Position numbers and translations under genes: made by a program
Source: a virus
Direction: 5' to 3' (one strand)
DNA: 64,000 nucleotides
IMG/VR virus record: IMGVR_UViG_3300009151_000057
Coordinates: 11,078 to 75,077 of that record
The notes under the pieces: generated by a model
Databases searched by the model: none
Seen by the model: the letters and a program-made list of their open reading frames with translations, nothing else
What the model was told of the DNA's origin: nothing
Shown here: positions 20,281 to 29,800 of the stretch, in pieces
Position numbering within the stretch: position 1 is the first letter of the stretch
How the letters are laid out: each line of letters begins with the position of its first letter

Positions 20281-20309
20281 AAAAACCCCGTTAAAATAAC
20301 GGGGTTTTT
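20281..20309. terminator. Bidirectional intrinsic terminator
   Basis: AAAAACCCCGTTA-AAA-TAACGGGGTTTTT between convergent genes. Confidence 0.88.
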
Positions 20310-20327
20310 AATTGCATATTTTTAAAA

Positions 20328-20585
20328 TTAAATGGTTGCATCTGATAATGCAGAGATAAAAGTTTGCACAGATGCTAATAGACTTTCATTGCTCCATTCG
20401 GGATTATCATAATTTTCATTAGAAAGATTACCCAATTCTACGGGATGCTGAACACCCTCAAGCCATACGATAACCTTCTTTGCAAGAGGATCATCTAATA
20501 TTCTTTGAATAACTACTTTTTCTAAGGTAATTACTTCTGCCTGTCTTACTGTTAATGTTTTTGGAGATTGAAGTTGGAATTCCAT
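20328..20585 (-). CDS. Hypothetical protein (possibly tail-associated)
   Basis: 85-aa ORF in a minus-strand cluster. Confidence 0.65.
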   Translation of the reverse strand: MEFQLQSPKTLTVRQAEVITLEKVVIQRILDDPLAKKVIVWLEGVQHPVELGNLSNENYDNPEWSNESLLASVQTFISALSDATI

Positions 20586-20635
20586 ATATAATAAATGATA
20601 AAATTTAAAAAATTAAATTCTATTTTAAAAATAAA

Positions 20636-21313
20636 TTAATCTATACCAGCATCTATATTATTATTATTTTGAGCGTCTCCTTCTAAACCACCATTAAGAT
20701 CCATAAATTGATCAGATGCTAAATTAAATAAAGAATTAGGAGGAAATATACCATTTTGCAAAGAATTTTCTACAACTTGCGGAGAAAATTCTATTTTTTC
20801 TTTGTTTATATTCTGTATAACTTCTATTTTTGAAGTCCATTTCATTTTTGTTTGAAATGAATCTGTAAATTGATATTTAATTCCACTATCAGTAGAAAAA
20901 ATTTGAACATTAAAGTCAGGTCTAGTCTGGGCTAAAAGTGAAGAACACGATTGAATTATATCAAAACAAGAATTTGCTTCTGAAAAAACAAAAGAATTTA
21001 ATTCAGTATTAAAATATTCGCTTTGCGATCCATCAGCATATTCCCCTATAGCAATAATATTATTTTTTATAAACCATCCTTGCGTTAAATATGAATGATC
21101 CAAATTAATATGCAAATATCCTGTTGAATTTTCGAAACCAGAAAACCCAAATCCTTCTGTATTATTTTCGCAAACCATATATAAAAATTGATTTGCGCCA
21201 GTTTGTTGTATTGAATTTGAAAAAACAAATTGACCAGAACAAGCTACGCTACCATTACATCCAAAAGATGGAAAACCTTTTAATGAATTAGATGTTCTTC
21301 TGTAAAGAGGCAT
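20636..21313 (-). CDS. Hypothetical, probable virion protein
   Basis: 225 aa, S/G/F-rich; coupled to neighbours by 1-nt gaps. Confidence 0.65.
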   Translation of the reverse strand: MPLYRRTSNSLKGFPSFGCNGSVACSGQFVFSNSIQQTGANQFLYMVCENNTEGFGFSGFENSTGYLHINLDHSYLTQGWFIKNNIIAIGEYADGSQSEYFNTELNSFVFSEANSCFDIIQSCSSLLAQTRPDFNVQIFSTDSGIKYQFTDSFQTKMKWTSKIEVIQNINKEKIEFSPQVVENSLQNGIFPPNSLFNLASDQFMDLNGGLEGDAQNNNNIDAGID

Positions 21314-21314
21314 A

Positions 21315-21791
21315 TTAAAGTCTATAATAAATATTAGTCATTAATCCAACACCATTATTACCTTGCCAACCAAATAAACCTTCTTTATCTGTAGTTATCC
21401 TAGTTGTAATTCCTTGGAATCCATCAATTGAATATGTAAAATTTTGATCCAATGTAGATTGAGCATAAATTGGATACGTCAATACTGAAGAGCCTGTATT
21501 ATATCCAGAAAATTGAATATAAAGAGGTTCATCATTTAAATTATTATCAACAAAAAATCCAGCAAGTTTAGTAGCTGCTTGACTAACCTCAATAGATTTA
21601 CCAGATAAATTTAATACTCTACATACAGAGGCGCTTGGAGGTCTAAATTCAAAAGAAGATCCATCTGCTCCAGCTAAGTCAGCTGGAGTTAAAGGTCGCC
21701 ACTCTCCATCATTACCATCATATATATAATTCAGCAAAGGAGATACTTTGCCATGACTTATAGCAGACGATGGAAATACTGGATTAGGCAT
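21315..21791 (-). CDS. Hypothetical, probable virion protein
   Basis: 158 aa, beta-rich composition. Confidence 0.65.
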   Translation of the reverse strand: MPNPVFPSSAISHGKVSPLLNYIYDGNDGEWRPLTPADLAGADGSSFEFRPPSASVCRVLNLSGKSIEVSQAATKLAGFFVDNNLNDEPLYIQFSGYNTGSSVLTYPIYAQSTLDQNFTYSIDGFQGITTRITTDKEGLFGWQGNNGVGLMTNIYYRL

Positions 21792-21792
21792 T

Positions 21793-22035
21793 TTAACTAT
21801 ATGAAATTATTCCACTACCAACGGAAGCTTTTATAGTATTAAAAGCTACTGGATTTGGAAAAGAAATATAGCCATCGGTAGGAACGTGTATCGGAAACAC
21901 GGAATCAACAGTTATAACAATAGAAGAATTATATGGATTATAAATACCATGTAGTAATCCTCCACCACTTATGCTATAATCAGAAGTGCCTGTTACACTA
22001 TGTAGTTTACTAACTTTAAAATAATTACCATTCAT
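21793..22035 (-). CDS. Hypothetical, probable virion protein
   Basis: 80 aa; first gene after the GTGTAA motif at 22051-22046. Confidence 0.65.
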   Translation of the reverse strand: MNGNYFKVSKLHSVTGTSDYSISGGGLLHGIYNPYNSSIVITVDSVFPIHVPTDGYISFPNPVAFNTIKASVGSGIISYS

Positions 22036-22088
22036 ATCTAAATTTTTACACTTTCTAGAAAGAGTCTCCTTTATTATTATAATCAGAT

Positions 22089-22556
22089 ATGAAATTTAGT
22101 CTATATAAACCTAATCCTAAAAATACAGGATGCGCTTTCCAATTTAAAATAGGCCAAGGAAAAGGCGAAGAAAAGGCTTTGTATGTTAGCGCCATTCAAC
22201 AAGCTTCGTGGAATGAAAATACAAGAACTGGATCTTTTTCGGAAAATGCCAAAGTTCCAGAAAAAAATTTAAATATTAAATTAAATGAAAATGAAATCGG
22301 TGGAATGCTATATGCGGTTCGTCAATATAAGGATTTCTCAGCATTTCATACTTTTGAAGAGAATAAAACGCAAATTTCTTTTAAACCATATCAAAAGAAA
22401 GATGGAACTGATGCATTTTCGTTTTCTATTTCTAGAAATGGCAATCAAAAGTTCGGGATTGGTATTGAATTGGGGGAAGCTGAAGCTTTGTCTGAATTTT
22501 TAAAATTTACATTGACCGAAATCTATTACAACAGAAAAATAACTTCACAAGAATAA
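22089..22556 (+). CDS. Putative ssDNA-binding protein, Whirly/PC4-like fold
   Basis: FSLYK start and two beta-beta-beta-beta-alpha repeats (KLNENEIGGML; IELGEAEALSEFLKFTL) resembling Whirly domains. Confidence 0.5.
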   Translation: MKFSLYKPNPKNTGCAFQFKIGQGKGEEKALYVSAIQQASWNENTRTGSFSENAKVPEKNLNIKLNENEIGGMLYAVRQYKDFSAFHTFEENKTQISFKPYQKKDGTDAFSFSISRNGNQKFGIGIELGEAEALSEFLKFTLTEIYYNRKITSQE

Positions 22557-24451
22557 TGAAGAAAAAAATTCTATTCCATTCGAACTTTTCAAGAGCTTTC
22601 ACAGGCTTTGGAAAGAATTGTAAAAATATATTAAAATATTTATTTTCAACTGGCAAATACGAAATAATTGAAGCTGCAAATGGAATAGCGTTTGATTCCC
22701 AAGATTGTAAGAGACAACCTTGGAAATGTTATGGAACATATCCACCACCTCAAAAAGCAGAACAATTAAAAGCACAAAATCCAGGCATTGATCATGCACT
22801 TGGATACGGAGCTGGAATGATTGACGAAATCATTAAACTAGAAAAACCAGACATCTATATTGGAGTAGAAGATATTTGGGGCTTTAATGGATATTGGGAT
22901 AAACCTTGGTGGAATAAAATTAATTCTATAGTTTGGACGACATTAGACAGCTTACCAATTTTACCAGACGCAGTAAATGCAGCTCCTAAAATCAAACATT
23001 ATTATGTATGGGCAACTTTTGCGCAAAAGGCATTAAATGAACTTGGATATAATGTTAATACGCTAAGAGGATCAATTGATATTCAAAATTTCTATAAATT
23101 ACCAGCAGAACAAAGACAAAATCTTAGAAAAAAATTAAATTTAAACGATGAGTTCATTGTTGGTTTTGTTTTTAGAAACCAGTTAAGAAAGTCTGTTCCA
23201 AATTTATTGGATGGATTTAATTCATTTGTAAAAAATAATCCGCAATCTAAAGCAAAATTACTGTTACATACAAACTGGTCAGAAGGTTGGGATATCCCAA
23301 GGCTTTTAAGAGAAAAAAATATCTCAACAGATTTGGTATTAACAACTTATGTTTGTCATGCTTGCGGATCTTATGAAATTAGACCATTTACAAGACAAGC
23401 TATGCCTTGCAAAAGCTGCAGAGCCGAAAACTCACAGCATACCACTAGCACAGTTGCTGGAATTTCAGAAAGTCAATTGAATGAAATTTATAATTTAATG
23501 GACGTATACTGCCATCCATTTACAAGTGGTGGGCAAGAAATTCCTATTCAAGAAGCTAAATTAACAGAATTAATTACTCTTGTAACAAACTATTCATGCG
23601 GGGAAGACAACTGCACGGAAGAAAGCGGTGGTTTTCCATTAGATTGGACCGAATATAGAGAGCCAGGCACTCAGTTTATTAAGGCGTCAACATTACCAGA
23701 AAGTATTTGTTCTAGAATAGAGCAAGTATTTTTAATGGACGAAAAAACAAAACAAGAAATCGGTACGAAAGCTCGACAATGGACGATTGAAAATTTTTCC
23801 ACAGAAGTTATTGGTAAAAAATTAGAAGAAATTTTTGATTCTATGCCAGATGTAAATTTTGAAAATTTATTTGAAGAAAAGAAATGCAACCCAAATTATC
23901 AACCCATCGATAATGTCTCAAACGAAGATTTTATTATAGATTTATATAAAAATATTTTAAACGAAGAAGTAGATAAAAATCATGCATTTTTTATTGAATG
24001 GATGAACCAATTCAGAAATGGTATGACCAGAGATTCATTATATCAAAATATAATAAATCAAGCAATTCAAAAAATAAATCAACCAAAGCAAGTAGAATTT
24101 AAAGATATTTTAGATCAACACGATGAAGGAAGAAGATTAGCGGTAGTTATCCCTCAGTCAGGAGGAGATGTATTGATGGTGAATGCCCTTTTAGAAAATT
24201 TAAAAATTCTTTATAAAGATTTAAACTTATATATTTTTACAGATCCTAGATTTTTTGATCTAATTAGAGATAATCCAGCGGTACATAAAGTTTTACCATA
24301 TTCACCAATTTGTGATAATCTTTTATTCCTAGAAGGGCAAGGATCGCATAAAGGATTTTTTGAAATAGCTTTTTTACCATATATAACAACACAAAAAATA
24401 TATGGCTATCATCACAACGGAAAAGATAAGATTCAATTTTCATTAAAATAA
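22556..24451 (+). CDS. GT4-like GT-B glycosyltransferase with Zn-ribbon insert and C-terminal GT9 N-domain
   Basis: TGFGK, RNQLRKSVP, LNEIYNLMDVYCHPFTSGGQEIPIQEA; CHAC...CKSC; C-terminal SGGDVLM...DNPAVHKVL. Confidence 0.8.
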   Translation: MKKKILFHSNFSRAFTGFGKNCKNILKYLFSTGKYEIIEAANGIAFDSQDCKRQPWKCYGTYPPPQKAEQLKAQNPGIDHALGYGAGMIDEIIKLEKPDIYIGVEDIWGFNGYWDKPWWNKINSIVWTTLDSLPILPDAVNAAPKIKHYYVWATFAQKALNELGYNVNTLRGSIDIQNFYKLPAEQRQNLRKKLNLNDEFIVGFVFRNQLRKSVPNLLDGFNSFVKNNPQSKAKLLLHTNWSEGWDIPRLLREKNISTDLVLTTYVCHACGSYEIRPFTRQAMPCKSCRAENSQHTTSTVAGISESQLNEIYNLMDVYCHPFTSGGQEIPIQEAKLTELITLVTNYSCGEDNCTEESGGFPLDWTEYREPGTQFIKASTLPESICSRIEQVFLMDEKTKQEIGTKARQWTIENFSTEVIGKKLEEIFDSMPDVNFENLFEEKKCNPNYQPIDNVSNEDFIIDLYKNILNEEVDKNHAFFIEWMNQFRNGMTRDSLYQNIINQAIQKINQPKQVEFKDILDQHDEGRRLAVVIPQSGGDVLMVNALLENLKILYKDLNLYIFTDPRFFDLIRDNPAVHKVLPYSPICDNLLFLEGQGSHKGFFEIAFLPYITTQKIYGYHHNGKDKIQFSLK

Positions 24452-24452
24452 T

Positions 24453-25604
24453 ATGGCTCATTTAATAGAAGAATACGCTAAATCGCTTGGTGTTAAAATT
24501 GGCAAACCAATTATAGCTGATCATTTTTTTCCAGTCGCTCATGATAAATACATTACAATTCATTGCGACAATAAAATTGATTCCAAATACTACGAATACT
24601 TTCCACAAGTCTTGAATTTAATAAGAGAAACTTTACATACTCAAGGGTATGCAATTTATCAAATCGGCGGTCCAGAAGATCCAAAATTAAATGTTGATGG
24701 ACACTTTTTACATTTAAATTATAAACAATCTAGTTTTTTAATAAAAAATTCAAAGCTGCATGTTGGAATAGACAGTTTACCAGTTCATATCGCAAGTATT
24801 TATGATATTCCAATTGTAGTGTTATATTCTCATGTATATCCAGCTCATGCAAAACCATATTGGAGTAGTGAAGATAAGTTGATTATATTAGATGCGGATA
24901 GAGGTGAAAACAAACCATCTTATGGTTACCAAGAAGATCCAAAGACTATCAGAAGCATAAAGCCAGAAACAATTGCTAATTCTATTTTTAAACTTTTAAA
25001 AATTAATGGAGAAGTTAATTTCTGTACCAAATATATAGGATCTCATTACCATCTTGACTTTGTAGAAGTCGTTCCTGACTTCAAAGCAGATTTAGCTGAT
25101 AAATCAAAAACATTATATTTAAGAGCTGATTTACATTTTAACGAAGATAATATTCTTTTTTGGTTATCTCAGTGCAGGTGCAATATTATAACTAATAAAC
25201 CAATTGATATTAATATATTAAAATTAGCTCAGTCTAATGTTAACCATCTATATTTAAAAACAACGGATTTGCAGGATAAATATTTAGAAAATTTAAAAAG
25301 GAGTAAAATAAATTTTACAATTTGTTGCGACAATGAAGATTCCATAGCCGAAGTAAAAAATAAATTTTTTGAATATAGGGTTGAGTTTGATAATTGGAAA
25401 GAAAGAGCTGAAAAAGTACAAAAAAATAATTGTAATTTTTTAACAAACAAAGTTCTTTTATCAAATGGGCAGCTATATCCAAGCGAATGTCATCTAAAAA
25501 TTGGAAAACAACTTGACAATTTAAATCAAGTGATTTATGATGATATAAATTTTTGGAAAGAAGCAGAACATTTTTTATTCTATGAAAGAACAAGTACAAA
25601 CTGA
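24453..25604 (+). CDS. GT9 C-terminal-domain protein with an extra C-terminal domain
   Basis: HLIEEYAKSLG, YITIH, YQIGG, HVGIDSLPVHIAS. Confidence 0.7.
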   Translation: MAHLIEEYAKSLGVKIGKPIIADHFFPVAHDKYITIHCDNKIDSKYYEYFPQVLNLIRETLHTQGYAIYQIGGPEDPKLNVDGHFLHLNYKQSSFLIKNSKLHVGIDSLPVHIASIYDIPIVVLYSHVYPAHAKPYWSSEDKLIILDADRGENKPSYGYQEDPKTIRSIKPETIANSIFKLLKINGEVNFCTKYIGSHYHLDFVEVVPDFKADLADKSKTLYLRADLHFNEDNILFWLSQCRCNIITNKPIDINILKLAQSNVNHLYLKTTDLQDKYLENLKRSKINFTICCDNEDSIAEVKNKFFEYRVEFDNWKERAEKVQKNNCNFLTNKVLLSNGQLYPSECHLKIGKQLDNLNQVIYDDINFWKEAEHFLFYERTSTN

Positions 25605-26358
25605 AGTCGAAACACATCCACCAGCAGAAACTCAAGTTGAAAGCAAATTCAAATTCAACCAAGATGGCTCCATTAATTGGAGAGCGATGGTTAAGTCAGA
25701 ATATCTTTACCCCAATAAAGAGTGGTTTGAACTGCGTGGGAAGCCTATTCCTGACTCTGCAGACGGATTAGCAGACAATCAGCTTTTAATTAAACTTGGG
25801 GGTCTTAAAGAGCTTGCAAAGCTTAGGGGCTACAATCAAGTTTCATACGAAGTGATTAAATGTGATAGAGATTACGTGGTTGTTAAGTGCAAAATCCACT
25901 GGAAAGCTTTGAGGGATGCTGCTCCATCGATGGTTATTCTAGAAGATCCTTGCGCTTTTGAAGATATGGCTAATGCCACTCTTGAAAATACAAACGATTT
26001 CTGTGCGAAATTCCTAGAAACAATTGCTACAAATCGTGCATTTGTTCGTTGTGTTCGCAACTACCTTGGAATTAATATTGTCGGTGATGATGAAATTGAC
26101 AAATCAAAAAATAATAAAATTGTTTCAAATTTTAAGAAAGAAGAAACTATTGAAATTGCCGATATTTCTCCCCAAGCTCTATTAAGCGCTCATGTAAATA
26201 AAACTTTAGGCATAAACACATTTGAAGATTTTTTGGATCATTTGCGCCAAATGTGGAAAGATAAGACTTATCAAAACGAAGATATTGTAAATTGGAAAAG
26301 TTACTCTTCAATTCCCGCTAAAGAGTGTAGAAAATTAATTTTCTTAATCAAACAATGA
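25582..26358 (+). CDS. Single-strand annealing protein (Sak/Rad52-like)
   Basis: GLKELAKLRG, VVVKCKI, ETIATNRAFVRCVRNYLGI...DEI. Confidence 0.55.
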   Translation: MKEQVQTEVETHPPAETQVESKFKFNQDGSINWRAMVKSEYLYPNKEWFELRGKPIPDSADGLADNQLLIKLGGLKELAKLRGYNQVSYEVIKCDRDYVVVKCKIHWKALRDAAPSMVILEDPCAFEDMANATLENTNDFCAKFLETIATNRAFVRCVRNYLGINIVGDDEIDKSKNNKIVSNFKKEETIEIADISPQALLSAHVNKTLGINTFEDFLDHLRQMWKDKTYQNEDIVNWKSYSSIPAKECRKLIFLIKQ

Positions 26359-26828
26359 GTTCTCAATCACTAGTAAAAAAGATCACTTCTCTTGAAGAAG
26401 CCGAGCAGGTATCAAAAGATATTCAAGAATTGTTTCAAGAAGATAATGAAAAATATAGACACGCTTTAGATTTAAAGCATGATTGTACATTAATTGCAAA
26501 ATCTATATGTCATGAATCTTTATTGCTATGGAATATACATGCATGGGCACATTTTAATGGTGAAAAGTGGGATGCAATGTTCATAGGAATGATTAGAAAA
26601 TCGGAAAAATTTGGTAAAAAATTCATGGATGAATATCTTTGGTTATCAAAAAATTCAGTTGCTGGCATGAGGCTTTACAAAGAAGCATTAGATTTTGCTA
26701 GAAAACAAAATTGTGAATATATTTCTATGAATGTAACTGAAAGTCATCCACTTTCTCAGAAAATTAAAAAATTCTATCTAAGAAGTGGATTTCAAAAAGA
26801 CGTTGAAACTTATATTAAAAAACTTTAA
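26355..26828 (+). CDS. GNAT-fold acetyltransferase-like protein
   Basis: GMRLYKEALDFARKQNCEYISM...KFYLRSGF. Confidence 0.65.
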   Translation: MSSQSLVKKITSLEEAEQVSKDIQELFQEDNEKYRHALDLKHDCTLIAKSICHESLLLWNIHAWAHFNGEKWDAMFIGMIRKSEKFGKKFMDEYLWLSKNSVAGMRLYKEALDFARKQNCEYISMNVTESHPLSQKIKKFYLRSGFQKDVETYIKKL

Positions 26829-29800
26829 TAAGTTATTAAAGTAATTGACCTAGTAGTTTCTGGAGAGAAGCTATATAAACTACCTACAACTGAGGGTGCA
26901 ACGTCCACAAAAGGTGCGGACGCTTGCACCCCAAGTGTATACGAACCTTGTTCATAAATAGCTGGTAATTGATAATTGTAAATATATTTATTTGTATTTC
27001 TATCAATTGAATCTGCGTTTATAGTTGCTATAAAATTTTGAGTTTGTTTAGATGGCGTTTTTACGTATACCGTATACGTTTTTGCATTTAAAACAGCATT
27101 CCATTGTAAGGATAAATAACTTGAACCATTAAATTGAATTAAAGATAGATCTATTATTATTGGAGTTGTAAGATAATTTGCTTTTATTGCTTGCGAACTA
27201 GCATTATATGCATTTAAAAAATTAAATGTATTTTCTAAATTGTCAATATAAGCACCCTCTTCAATCTCTTTGAATTTATTGCTATCATATTCTGCGGCTA
27301 CTATATTGTATTCATTTATATAGTTTTCTGATATAGAATTTATTTTAAATATTTTATTCTTTTTATTTAAAATATTTAAAGAATAAGTACTTCCAATTGG
27401 AATACATAATGGATCATATGAAGTTTTTATTTTTGAAAAATTATTCGTATAATTCAAACTTGAATTATTAGATCCAAAATATCCATTGTCTGATAATGTT
27501 GTATTTTTTCCAGATTTTGTAACGTATAACTCAGTATATTGATTATATCCACCTTTTTCTGTATAAATACCTGTATATATGCCACTATAAGAACCAGTTG
27601 AATATCCAGTTATATAAAAACTTTCTATTGAAGGTCTATCAGATTCTATTAAACTGTTATATGGAATTGTATTTTTATTGTAAGTTAAAATATTAAAACT
27701 AGGAATTAAATTTGTATTATTAAAAAATGTATAATTTGATTTTGGATTAAAAAATATAGCTGATGTATAATCATTAGTTGTATAACCACCATTATAATTC
27801 ATCAAACATAATACTGCAGTATTAAAGTACTCCCATATATAAGGTAAATTTGCGCTAGTATTTTCAATATTTTTATTAGTAGTATCAAATTTAACTACCG
27901 CCACAGAACTATTCATTTGCCAAAAACCATCAGAAGCATTATTGTAAATATCTTTACCTTTAACATAACATAAAAAAACAGATACACAATCTATATAACA
28001 GCATTTTGTTGATGAATCGGGAGTTTTATATACTGGATGCGCTGGTAAATATGTAAAACAAGCATTTATTTTATAATAATTTATAATATCAGAAATTGAA
28101 GAAAGTGTTTCAGTTGTATAATTTATATCTGAAAGTAAACCGCACCAACCATTTACAGAAGTATTTAAAACTCCATTTAAATAGCTGTTATATGTTGAAG
28201 TAAAAGGTGTTGCAGTACCAAAAAAAGCACATGTTGTAAGACTACCCCTTCTAGCAAAAACATTTAAAAAATTCTTATCTATAGAAAATGTATTTGGAGT
28301 GCTTGTTGTATAACTCTTCATATCCTCATATTTTGGTTTTGCAACAGGAGTATATAAGGAAATTTCATTAGTATTATAAATACCAGAATCTAAAATAGTA
28401 TCTATAACAACTTTAAAAGAGTTATCATCAATATTTTTTATATCTTTAATATAACCAAAATTTTTATTCGCATTATACATTTCATCTTTTATATAAAGAA
28501 GATCGCCAGGCTTATAAAGCAACGCTTTTAAATCTGTTGTAAATGTGACATTTGTAAGTTCTTTACCAACTTGATATAAGAAATGCTTACCTATTCTCCT
28601 TGCTTGTCCTCTAGATGTTGTTCCAAGAGTCGTTAAAGATTTCTTTAAAATACCCTTTTTTCTAATTCCATCTGAATCCTCAACATATTCAATTTTTGGT
28701 TTGAAGTTATCCTTTGAATCCATATACGATACATCAACAGCAGTGAATTCATCATCTTTTTTGTGATTTGTATAATTAAAAATTCCCTCTTTTACATCAT
28801 TGTTAGTAAATTCCCCGATGGGAGGTTTGATTCTATCGCAATCAAATGTTATTAATGAATTCATATAGTAAACAGAACCTCTAAATGTAGAAGCTACTTG
28901 ATTTAACATATCAAATAAATTAAATCTATCTTTAATTAAAACATTAAATGTAAATCTCGGTTCTATGCCCCCATATGTGTCAGGAACGCCATAGTAAAAT
29001 CCATTATCATCCACTTTATCGCACCATCTTGATATTTTATATAATTCCCAAATATCAATTTGATTTGACTCAATATAATTTCCTAATCCATATCTCTTGT
29101 TTACTAAAAGATCCATTAATATCCAAGCTGGATTATTTGTCCAAGCTAATTTAAATGTTCCATCCCAATCTCCTTGATATATACAAGCGGCTCCATTGGA
29201 AGTTGTATACCTTAAATCATCTCCATCCTCATTAAATGCAAAATAATTAGAAGGAATTAATACTTTTTTTAATTTTGCATCAAATGTCCTATTAGGAACT
29301 TGAGAAAATGCTCTTGAATCTATTTTTGTTCCAACAATTGCAGAAAAAGGATACGAAAATCTTTGAGGAATAATTTCGGTTACTTTATTTAAATTAATTG
29401 ATTTTTGAATTAATGAAGATAAAGTTTCATGAGATAATTTAGTAACTTTAACATATCTTCTAATAGATTTTCCATAAGCATCTAATTTTGCTGCTGGTAA
29501 CTTAATGCTATCTGAGGACGTTGCTTGCCAAGTACCATCCCAAAGATTTGTAGCGCAAACTTGAAAATACTCTATTTTTAATACATTAGCAAGACTTACA
29601 TTAGTGGAAGTATAATCTGTCTCATAATAACCATCGTGATAATTATCATTATTATCGTAATATCCATCAACCCATCTTTGCGCACTTGTCGTCACAACTT
29701 TATTACCATCTAAATTAACATTTTGACACATTACACCGCCTACAAAATCTATATCGCTTGGTATACAACCATAAATTTTAAATAAATATTTGAAACAGTT

